Assembly: GCA_040386535.1 (NCBI GenBank)
Contig: JAZKFH010000027.1
Span: 243,685-307,684, forward strand
DNA: 64,000 nt
DNA from: Myxococcota bacterium
GTDB lineage: Bacteria; Myxococcota_A; UBA796; SXON01
Direction of reading: 5' to 3'
Part shown: piece after piece, positions 56,240 to 64,000 of the stretch
How the letters are laid out: every line of letters starts with the position of its first letter
Numbering within the stretch: position 1 is the stretch's first letter
Position numbers and translations under genes: made by a program
The notes under the pieces: model-generated
What the model was told of the DNA's origin: nothing
Database searches by the model: none
Seen by the model: only the letters and a program-made list of their open reading frames with translations

Positions 56240-59200
56240 ATGCGCAGCACCCTCCGGTTCCTCGCTCTCGCCTCCCTCGTCGGGCTCACGGCCACCTGGT
56301 CCGAGCCCGCGGAGGCGAAGTTCGCGTTCCCCTACAACCACCCCGATCTCGAGTGGTACTCGATCGAGACCGAACACTTCGTGGTGCATTACCCGAAGAG
56401 CCGGAAGGAGGAGGGGAACGAACACTTCCTCGACACCGAGTGGACCGCGAAGAAGTCCGCCAAGATCGCGGAAGAGATGTACCCGCGCATGAGCGCGGAG
56501 TTCAACTACTACATCAAGGAGAAGGTCCACATCGTCCTTCTCAACCAGACGGACGAGCTGGAAGGTTTCACCATCCCGAATTGGGACTGGATCGAGATCT
56601 CCGCCAACCCGGGTGGCGACTTCTACCGCCAGCGCGGCCGCATGGACTGGCTGCCCGACGTGCTCGTGCACGAGTACGCCCACGTGGTCTCGCTCAAGGC
56701 CAACGCCACCTTCTCCGAGGGCACCCAGGCGGTGTCGATCGGCGGCCTCTACAGTGACGGCCTCGGCAACACCGAGAGCGGCGCCGAGATCAGCATCCTC
56801 GACGGCGATCCGTTCTACTGGACGGAGGGCGGCGCCGAGTACTGGTCGGACAACGCCGGCTACAACTGGTGGACCCCCAGCCGCGACATGCACATCCGCA
56901 CGACCGTGCTGGAGGACCGCCTCCTGTCGTACGACGAGTGGCAGACCCGCGTGCAGACCCTGCGCTGGGGTGACGGCGAGCGTGGCTACCAGCAGGGCTA
57001 CTCGTTCGCCCTCTACCTGCGCCAGCGCTTCGGTCCCGACACGTACGCCCAGTTCGCGCTCGAGAACAGCAAGGGTTGGAAGCCGGACTGGAGCGTCGTC
57101 ATCGAGAAGGTGACCGGTGTGCCCGGCGAGACGCTCTACAACGACTGGGTCGCCTACGTCAAAGACCGATACGGCAAGCAGTACGACCGCGTGAAGGCCG
57201 AGGGTGAGGTCGCCGGCTCCGAGCTCCTCACGTCGCCGAAGGACTGGCAGTACACCGACCCGGACGGCCGCGACAAGTGGAACTCGCCGCGGTGGAAGCG
57301 CAAGACCGGCGTCACCGGCACCGAGCTCGCCCGCATCGAGCGGGAGAAGGCCAAGGAGGCCACGGGCACCTGGCAGATGATCCCGCGCTACTCCGATGAC
57401 GGCGAGTGGCTCGGCGTCAACAACCGCGGCAGCATCAAGTTGACCCGCGCACCGGAAGAGACCTGGCCGGCGTTCAGCGGGCAGGCGTCGTCGGACCCGG
57501 GCACGGTGGCCGAGCGGACCCTGCAGAGCGGCAGCGTGCCCGGTGTCGGCTTCATGCACGCCTGGGACTTCATCCCCGGGCGCGATGCGGTCGTCTTCAC
57601 CGGCAACGAGCACTTCGAGGAAGCCGGTCTGAGCCACGCGACGGGCATCCGCCTCGAGGGTGACGGGTACGACTGGAAGCAGATCTGGATCGCGGACTTC
57701 GCGAACGAGACGGTCAAGGACAAGAACCTCCAGCACAAGGGGTTCAAGTTCGCCAAGTCGGGCAAGAAGATCATGACCGCCGAGACCAGGGCGGGCTGGC
57801 AGCCCATTCCGAACACCCTCCGCGGCACCGAGCCCGCGGTGAGCCCGGACGGCAAGAAGGTCGCCTACCTCGAGTACGCGGACGGCACGCTCAACCTCGT
57901 CACCATCAACCTGGACGGCACCGAGAAGAAGCGCCTCACGACGTTCGATGACGGCACCTGGATGCAGCGGGCCGACTGGTCACCTGACGGCAAGCAGATC
58001 GTCGTCTCGATCTTCCGCAACTTCCAGCAGGATCTGTACGTGATGGACGCGGATGGGACCAACATCCATCCGATCATGTTCGACCGCTGGGAGGACCAGG
58101 ATCCCCACTGGGCGAAGGACGGGAAGATCTACTTCTCCTCCGACCCGTCGGGCATCTTCAACGTCTACGCGTACGATCCCGCGACGGCGAAGGTCGAGCA
58201 GGTCACCAACGTGATCGGCGGCGCCGAGGCCCCCGCGATTACCCCGCAGGGCAACCTCGTCTACAGCGCGTACACGGCCCACGGCTGGAAGACCTACGGC
58301 CTCGCCGGCACGGACTTCTTCCGCAAGGACGCCACCGCGCAGTTCGACCTCGACTACACGCCCGCGGCGGTCCAGGCCGGGTGGGAGTTCCGCGAGGATC
58401 TCTCCGCCTACGTCCCCAAGAAGTACGACGGCGATCTGATGGCGCCCACCGGCGCGCCGATGTTGCGGGTCACCAACGACGGGCGCGACAACCTCGCGCT
58501 GCAGGTCGGCGGCCAGATCTTCATGCAGGACTTCGTCGAGAACCACGGCGCGTTCGTCCAGGCGCTCGTCGGCGAGGATCTCCTGTTCGTCGGCCAGTAC
58601 TTCTACCAGGGCTGGTACCCGACCATCTACCTGACCGCGTACCACTACGAGATCAAGTACAACTACGGCTTCCTCCTCGACGAGGACAACGACCTCGGCA
58701 CGTCCCAGGACCAGTCGACGCTCGAGGGCAAGAACCAGCAGTACGGCAACATCGGGATGGTCTCGGTCGACTTCCCCTGGAACGATCGCTTCCGCACGAC
58801 GTTGTACGGCCGGTACCTCGAGTACGGGTTCCGCACGACCACCGAGGCGAACTTCACGCCGTACTCGTTCGGCACCGAAGCGGGCCTCTCGGCCAACTTC
58901 ACGAACATCGGGTACTTCGCGAACAGCGCCAACCCGACCGGCGGCCGCAACATCGACCTGTCCTACACCTTCGGGTACACCGACGTGGTGTACAAGCCGC
59001 AGGGCGGGCACTCGGTCGACGACGGCGAGCTCCTCGACAAGTACCCGTTCAACAAGGTCGAGCTCCGGTGGACCGAGCAGATCCCGGTCCCGGGCTGGCT
59101 GCCCTTCATGCAGAAGGCGCAGGACTACCGCCACACCATCCAGGTGGACTTCCAGGCAGGCGTGATCGACCGGAACGTCGATCGCAACGACGAGTTCCGC

Positions 59201-59776
59201 GGCGGCGGGCAGCACCCGTTCAACTGGGGCTCCGACTCCTTGCGCCCGAACACGTTGTTCGCGGGCTACCCCTCGAACAGCCTCTCGGGCGAGACGATGG
59301 CGCTCGTGAACGTCGCCTACCGCTTCCCCATCCGTCGTGAGTTGAACAAGCGCTTCGGGCCGTTCTACTTCTACGACGTGACCGGGCAGGTGATGGGCAC
59401 CGCGGGCAACTTCTGGTCCTACGAGGCGCCCGAGGACGAGGCGGACTTCTACCGCAACGAGAACGGCGAACGTGTTGCCCGGGACGCGTCGACCGTCACG
59501 CGGGAGGTGCCCTTCATGGGGCTCGCCAACAAGAACGGCAACGCGATGTTGTTCGACGCGGGCGCGGAGCTCCGGGTCAGCGCGTCGATCTTCAGCGGCG
59601 CGTCCTGGGACAGCTTCGTCCGCGTCGTGTACGGATTCAACGAGATCCGCGGCTATGGTGACGTGAACGGCGACGACATCCAGGACAGCACCGACAGCGC
59701 CATCGGTGACGAACTCTCCAACGAGACGGAGAAGCCGGGCGTCCGCGTCTACGTCGGCCTCGGAACGGGGTGGTGA
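56240..59776 (+). CDS. Secreted fusion: gluzincin-like metallopeptidase + PD40/TolB-like beta-propeller + Omp85/BamA-like barrel
   Basis: Signal peptide ..PAEA; HEYAH...WTEGGAEY; SPDGKKVAY, WSPDGKQIV, WAKDGKIYFSSD repeats; FAGY...NVAYRFP and C-terminal VYVGLGTGW. Alternative start 56225 (TGATG). Confidence 0.85.
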   Translation: MRSTLRFLALASLVGLTATWSEPAEAKFAFPYNHPDLEWYSIETEHFVVHYPKSRKEEGNEHFLDTEWTAKKSAKIAEEMYPRMSAEFNYYIKEKVHIVLLNQTDELEGFTIPNWDWIEISANPGGDFYRQRGRMDWLPDVLVHEYAHVVSLKANATFSEGTQAVSIGGLYSDGLGNTESGAEISILDGDPFYWTEGGAEYWSDNAGYNWWTPSRDMHIRTTVLEDRLLSYDEWQTRVQTLRWGDGERGYQQGYSFALYLRQRFGPDTYAQFALENSKGWKPDWSVVIEKVTGVPGETLYNDWVAYVKDRYGKQYDRVKAEGEVAGSELLTSPKDWQYTDPDGRDKWNSPRWKRKTGVTGTELARIEREKAKEATGTWQMIPRYSDDGEWLGVNNRGSIKLTRAPEETWPAFSGQASSDPGTVAERTLQSGSVPGVGFMHAWDFIPGRDAVVFTGNEHFEEAGLSHATGIRLEGDGYDWKQIWIADFANETVKDKNLQHKGFKFAKSGKKIMTAETRAGWQPIPNTLRGTEPAVSPDGKKVAYLEYADGTLNLVTINLDGTEKKRLTTFDDGTWMQRADWSPDGKQIVVSIFRNFQQDLYVMDADGTNIHPIMFDRWEDQDPHWAKDGKIYFSSDPSGIFNVYAYDPATAKVEQVTNVIGGAEAPAITPQGNLVYSAYTAHGWKTYGLAGTDFFRKDATAQFDLDYTPAAVQAGWEFREDLSAYVPKKYDGDLMAPTGAPMLRVTNDGRDNLALQVGGQIFMQDFVENHGAFVQALVGEDLLFVGQYFYQGWYPTIYLTAYHYEIKYNYGFLLDEDNDLGTSQDQSTLEGKNQQYGNIGMVSVDFPWNDRFRTTLYGRYLEYGFRTTTEANFTPYSFGTEAGLSANFTNIGYFANSANPTGGRNIDLSYTFGYTDVVYKPQGGHSVDDGELLDKYPFNKVELRWTEQIPVPGWLPFMQKAQDYRHTIQVDFQAGVIDRNVDRNDEFRGGGQHPFNWGSDSLRPNTLFAGYPSNSLSGETMALVNVAYRFPIRRELNKRFGPFYFYDVTGQVMGTAGNFWSYEAPEDEADFYRNENGERVARDASTVTREVPFMGLANKNGNAMLFDAGAELRVSASIFSGASWDSFVRVVYGFNEIRGYGDVNGDDIQDSTDSAIGDELSNETEKPGVRVYVGLGTGW

Positions 59777-61308
59777 TGAACATGAAGACCTTCCTCCCGC
59801 TGATGATCGTCCTGTTGCCCGCGCTCTCGTGCGCCCCGGCGTACGACGACATCCCCGTCAAGCTCGTCGGCGTCGGCTACGACCCCGACGAGATCGGCCC
59901 CTCTCCCATTCCCTACGGCGGCGTCGTCGAGTACAGCTGGGTCAACTTCGCCGGCGGCGGCTTGTCGCTGGCGCTGATGGGCCTCGGCAGCTTCGACGAG
60001 GTCGGCCCGCAGATGGTCGGCTACAGCCCGCCGTACGCAGCGGTCTACGGCTTCTCGTACGTGTTCGACACGAAGTTGTCCGCCGCGGACAGCCTCGGCG
60101 GCGTCACGTCGGTGCCCCCCGAGGTGGACGACACCTGCTACACCACCTTCCAGGCGGCCGGCCCGATCGGCTCCTTCAAGACGGTGGACGTCGGCAGCTG
60201 GATGGACTTTTCCACCGAGGACGGAGAAGGGGGGATGCGGCTCGACCGCCTCCCCGCCGACTACCCGGACAACGAGCAGGATCTGTTCATCTACTACAGC
60301 TCGGTCGATTACTGGGCCACCGAGCCGATCTACGGGCTCACCCCCCGCGGCGACAGCGTTCGCCCCGACCGGATGGAGCCGACGCTCGTGCGCCGGAGGA
60401 ACTTCCCCTTCGGCGAGTCCGTCGAGTTCAGCTTCCCGGGCGCATTGGCAGGCCAGGAGGCGCCGGTCGGGTCCCTCCCGCGTCCGTCCTCCGCCGTCGG
60501 CAACACGACGCTCGACCTGCCGAACCGGCCGGGCGGTGTTCAGCTCAGCTGGAACGGCACGCGGTACGACGCGTTCGGCCACGCGACGGGTGACGGAGAG
60601 CAGGCCACCTGCCTGAGCTACGCCGCACCGGGCACGGTGCCCGACAGCGCCGCGGCGTGCGACGGAGCGGACTCCCCGAGCTCCGCCGAGTTCTCCGGCC
60701 AGATGTACACGGGCCCCTGGGACACGGAAGACGAGCAGGTGACCTTCCGCTGGACCGCGGGCGACGGCGAGAATGCCGACGAGTTCGTGTCCCTCGCGGT
60801 GCGGTTCCTCGGCCCGGTCGACCGCGACGACCGCGGGTTCGGCGAGCGGGTGGTCTTCGTCGGCGCGGCCGACGCGACCGAGGCCGTCGACACGGATTGG
60901 CGTGCCGCCCGGCGCGCCGGCTCCATCCCGGACGACGCGGAGATCCCCGACGGCCGCCGCGCGCCGACCGCCTGCGAGCCCGGTGAGTGGGTGTTCGACG
61001 ACACCTACGTGACCGACGACGGCGGACTGGCGCCAGCCCTGCGCGGCGATCCGATGAACAACGTCGCCGAGGTGACGTGCCGTCTCCAGGACGACGGCGA
61101 GTTCGTCCTGTCGAACGCCCTCATCGAAGAAGCGTTGACCTACGCCAGGATCCATGGCGCCGAAGGCGCGGTGTTCTACCTCGCCCGGTCCACGGAGGTC
61201 GAGGCGAGGGTGCCGCCGGCCAAGGACCAATATCGCCAGAAGCTGGACATCAGCCCCATCAAGCTCACGAGCCGCGCGATCGACATCGGCCGGTTCTGGT
61301 TGGAGTGA
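59776..61308 (+). CDS. Large hypothetical lipoprotein
   Basis: TGATG coupling; LLPALSC lipobox; acidic beta-rich body with VTCRLQDDGEF motif. Confidence 0.8.
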   Translation: MNMKTFLPLMIVLLPALSCAPAYDDIPVKLVGVGYDPDEIGPSPIPYGGVVEYSWVNFAGGGLSLALMGLGSFDEVGPQMVGYSPPYAAVYGFSYVFDTKLSAADSLGGVTSVPPEVDDTCYTTFQAAGPIGSFKTVDVGSWMDFSTEDGEGGMRLDRLPADYPDNEQDLFIYYSSVDYWATEPIYGLTPRGDSVRPDRMEPTLVRRRNFPFGESVEFSFPGALAGQEAPVGSLPRPSSAVGNTTLDLPNRPGGVQLSWNGTRYDAFGHATGDGEQATCLSYAAPGTVPDSAAACDGADSPSSAEFSGQMYTGPWDTEDEQVTFRWTAGDGENADEFVSLAVRFLGPVDRDDRGFGERVVFVGAADATEAVDTDWRAARRAGSIPDDAEIPDGRRAPTACEPGEWVFDDTYVTDDGGLAPALRGDPMNNVAEVTCRLQDDGEFVLSNALIEEALTYARIHGAEGAVFYLARSTEVEARVPPAKDQYRQKLDISPIKLTSRAIDIGRFWLE

Positions 61309-61313
61309 CGCTC

Positions 61314-63614
61314 ATGCCACGTTCGTTGTTCCTCCTCCTCCTCGCCGGCGTCGGCTGCGCTCCCTTCAGCACGTTCGAACCCTACTACGAGACTTGGGAT
61401 CCCCCGTCCGTGTCTGCGCTCTCCGTCACCTCGGAGGAAGGCAACATCGGCGGTGGCACCGTCCAGATCGACGGGGCCGGCTTCGGCACCGAGGCCGAGC
61501 AGGTCGTCGTCCAGTTCGGCGACGACAACGCCGAGATCCTCGCCATCGAGGACGGCCGGCTCGAAGTGCGCGTGCCCCAGGGGCCGATCACTGGCGGCGC
61601 GGTCGACGTGCGCATTGCCACGCGGACTGGGTTCACCATCGCCGCAGACGCCTACGTCTACGACGTGGGGGATCTGTACGCCGAGCAGATCGGGCACATC
61701 CAGATCAACAACTACTGGGAGAGCTGCCTCGGAGGCCTGTCCGGACGCTTGGACGACGCGTACCCCGGCGTCGGCTGCGAGGACATCTCCTACATCGGCT
61801 ACGCGGGCATCGACGGCGTCGCCGAGGCGCTGACCTTCGTGTACCCCCGCCTTCACGCCGAGAACATCGGGTTCCTCGGTGGCACGGACCAGGCCGGCTC
61901 CTCCTGGGTGATCGAGCGCCCGGGCCAGAACAGCTTCGCCTCCGGCGTAGAGGACCTCCACCGCGACATCGGCACGGTGACGCTCGAGAACGAGCTCTGG
62001 GACGGCGACGCATGGTGCCCGGACCTCGACGCCCAGGCGAGCTTTCGGTACGGGGGCGGCCGTGAGGGCTTCCTCGACGCTGTCTCCGTCCCAACGGCGG
62101 GCGTCGGCGTCATCGACGGAGCCAACTGCGAGCCGGGGGACGAGGGCGCATACGACCTGTCGTCGATGGAGTTCTGCACCACGCCGAACGACGACGGCAC
62201 GGCAAGCAATGTCTACCGGCCCGACTGGCCGGTCGCGAAGAACTTCTTCGCGGGCAAGAAGAACGACCACACGAAGCCGGCGACGATCACCATCCGCGCC
62301 CCGGAAGTCGGAATCGAGGGCCTCGAGGTCGACATCCCCGAGAGCGTGATTGTCTTCAACGAGCAAGGCTTCGCGCCGGTGGTCGACAGCGAAGAAGGCT
62401 CCCCGGACCTCTGGTCGGTGTCGTCCCTCCAAGGCTGCTTCGACGACGATGGTGGGACCGAGAGCCTCGACGACGTGGCCGTCCGCTTCGCGTGGGATCG
62501 GTCGACCGTGTCCGAGAACGACGGCACGCACGAATGTGACGAGCCCGGGGAGCTCTGCGAGCAGCGCACCTACGTGCGGCTCACGCTCACGTCGTTGTCC
62601 CTCAACTGGTTCGGCACCATCGGCTACCCGGTCCGGGCAACGATCGTGGTTCCGGACGGGAGCACGCGCGAGGAACGCCCCACGTTGGACGTACCCGCGT
62701 CCGTTCTGTACCAGTTCCCCACGGTCCGCCTCCCCCAGGCGAGCGGGCTCGGGGGGGCGGGCCTCCTCGACTCCGGCGTGTCGAACTGGGGCTACCTGCT
62801 GACGACCTTCGAGCGCGTCACCGACTATTCGATCCGCACGAACGCGGGCGGCACCGTGGTGTTCTCGTACACCACGGGTGACTTCGGCTTCTTTGGCTGG
62901 GACAACCCCACCGAGGCCGACGGCTGCAACAACTGCCTCGACGACGACGCGGATGGTTGGGCCGACGCGGACGACCCCGACTGTGCCGGCACCGGCACCG
63001 AAGAGGTCGGCCTGAGCGACTCCGCCTGCAACGACGGGATCGACAACGACGACGACGGTCCCGTGGACAGCCGGGACTCGAACTGCGCCTCTGGGGCCGG
63101 TGACGACGAGTCCAACTGTTCCAATGGCCTCGACGACGACGAAGACGAGCTCGAGGACCTCGACGACCCCGACTGCATCGCGGGCGGGAACGAGGGCGAC
63201 ACCGTCGACCTGGACGCCTGCGCCGACGGCCTCGATGGCGACAGCGACGGCTGGACCGACCTCGAGGACCCCGACTGCCTGTCGGGCGACACCGAGACAG
63301 GCTTCGGCACGACCGCCTGCAACGACGGCGCCGACAACGACGGAGACGTGCTCGTGGACGCGCTGGATCCGGATTGCGCCGCCGCCGAGGACGAGGACGA
63401 GACCACGGCCGCGCCGGGCGGCTGCGCCGACGAGCTCGACAACGATCTCGACGGGTGGACCGATCTCGAGGACCCCGACTGCGCGGGCGGGACCGAGGAG
63501 ATCGGGTTCGGCACGACGCAGTGCAACGACGCCCTCGACAACGACCTCGACCTCGCGTTCGACGCACTCGATTCGGAGTGCTCCGACGCCGCCGATGACG
63601 ACGAAGGCGCGTAG
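61314..63614 (+). CDS. Lipoprotein with IPT/TIG domain and seven C-terminal Cys/Asp repeats
   Basis: LAGVGC lipobox; GGGTVQIDGAGFG..VQFG...LEVRVP..GAVDVRI IPT motif; repeats C.DG.DND.DG..D..DPDC. Confidence 0.85.
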   Translation: MPRSLFLLLLAGVGCAPFSTFEPYYETWDPPSVSALSVTSEEGNIGGGTVQIDGAGFGTEAEQVVVQFGDDNAEILAIEDGRLEVRVPQGPITGGAVDVRIATRTGFTIAADAYVYDVGDLYAEQIGHIQINNYWESCLGGLSGRLDDAYPGVGCEDISYIGYAGIDGVAEALTFVYPRLHAENIGFLGGTDQAGSSWVIERPGQNSFASGVEDLHRDIGTVTLENELWDGDAWCPDLDAQASFRYGGGREGFLDAVSVPTAGVGVIDGANCEPGDEGAYDLSSMEFCTTPNDDGTASNVYRPDWPVAKNFFAGKKNDHTKPATITIRAPEVGIEGLEVDIPESVIVFNEQGFAPVVDSEEGSPDLWSVSSLQGCFDDDGGTESLDDVAVRFAWDRSTVSENDGTHECDEPGELCEQRTYVRLTLTSLSLNWFGTIGYPVRATIVVPDGSTREERPTLDVPASVLYQFPTVRLPQASGLGGAGLLDSGVSNWGYLLTTFERVTDYSIRTNAGGTVVFSYTTGDFGFFGWDNPTEADGCNNCLDDDADGWADADDPDCAGTGTEEVGLSDSACNDGIDNDDDGPVDSRDSNCASGAGDDESNCSNGLDDDEDELEDLDDPDCIAGGNEGDTVDLDACADGLDGDSDGWTDLEDPDCLSGDTETGFGTTACNDGADNDGDVLVDALDPDCAAAEDEDETTAAPGGCADELDNDLDGWTDLEDPDCAGGTEEIGFGTTQCNDALDNDLDLAFDALDSECSDAADDDEGA
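62925..63581 (+). repeat. Seven copies of a 20-aa C-x-D/N-G-x-D-x-D-x-D-G-x2-D-x2-D-P-D-C motif
   Basis: Visible in the translation of 61314-63614. Confidence 0.88.
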
Positions 63615-63630
63615 GCGCCACGCGCGGGCC

Positions 63631-63903
63631 TTGACGCCGGCCAGGGGCCTGCATAGAGTTCTGGGCGGTTCCGAAAGGCACCGCAGGCGGCCGAGAAAAC
63701 TTCTTGACCAGCCGACCGCGCTTCGATAGAAGCGTGGGGCTCTGAAGGATTCAAACCCTTCAGCGCCGGCGACGCGGGAACAAAGTTCTTGACGCCGCCG
63801 ACCGCCTTCGATAGAAGGTGGGGCCCTCGGAGAGCGTAAGCAATCCGAGGGTTGGCCTGACGGGAACGAAGTTCTCGACATGGCCTGCCCGCCTGGATAG
63901 AGG
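63631..63903 (+). promoter_or_regulatory. Four tandem sigma70-type promoters, probable rRNA operon promoter region
   Basis: TTGACG-N17-TAGAGT (63631), TTGACC-N17-TAGAAG (63704), TTGACG-N17-TAGAAG (63789), TCGACA-N17-TAGAGG (63875). Confidence 0.82.
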
Positions 63904-63946
63904 GCGGGGGGCTTCTGGGTCGCTTCGAAAGTAGCGGCTCCCAAGC

Positions 63947-63958
63947 GGTCTTTGAAAA
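63947..63958 (+). promoter_or_regulatory. boxA-like antitermination element of an rRNA leader
   Basis: GGTCTTTGAAAA downstream of the tandem promoters in an AT-richer non-coding stretch; 16S itself not in the window. Confidence 0.7.
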
Positions 63959-64000
63959 ATTGGTAGTAGTTTCTGTAACGTTCAATAGAGTTTCGGCTCG

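Noticed and set aside
63987..64000. AGAGTTTCGGCTCG resembling the 16S rRNA 5' end
   Set aside because: Does not match AGAGTTTGATC(C/A)TGGCTCAG and lies too close to boxA; treated as leader sequence.

Overview
High-GC, gene-dense chromosomal window of about 54 CDS, most likely from a Myxococcota-type bacterium (inferred from a MYXO-CTERM-like tail, many acidic Cys/Asp-repeat lipoproteins and DT-repeat linkers). No mobile element, CRISPR array, tRNA or complete rRNA is visible. Housekeeping and metabolic genes include a sirtuin, fdhD plus an FdhF/YdeP oxidoreductase, recQ, mlaFE and mlaD, lepB, a class III aminotransferase plus gcdH, an acyl-CoA dehydrogenase, radA, phhB and 2-oxoacid:ferredoxin oxidoreductase. 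They are mixed with many uncharacterised envelope proteins. The best candidate for an undescribed system is the divergent envelope locus at 50237-63614. One arm encodes a 5'-nucleotidase lipoprotein, an OB-fold-like lipoprotein and an outer-membrane barrel. The other arm encodes an outer-membrane barrel, a 1178-aa zinc-metallopeptidase/beta-propeller/Omp85-like fusion and two large lipoproteins. Non-coding signals read directly from the DNA are: four tandem promoter-hairpin cassettes plus boxA of a probable rRNA operon leader at the right end; a Bacillus-FadR-type box upstream of the acyl-CoA dehydrogenase; three related TetR-type operators, one inside a CDS; a two-copy covarying hairpin between convergent genes; and a recurrent TANNNT-N6-start leaderless signature. 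All protein family calls are by-eye motif recognition, not database results.
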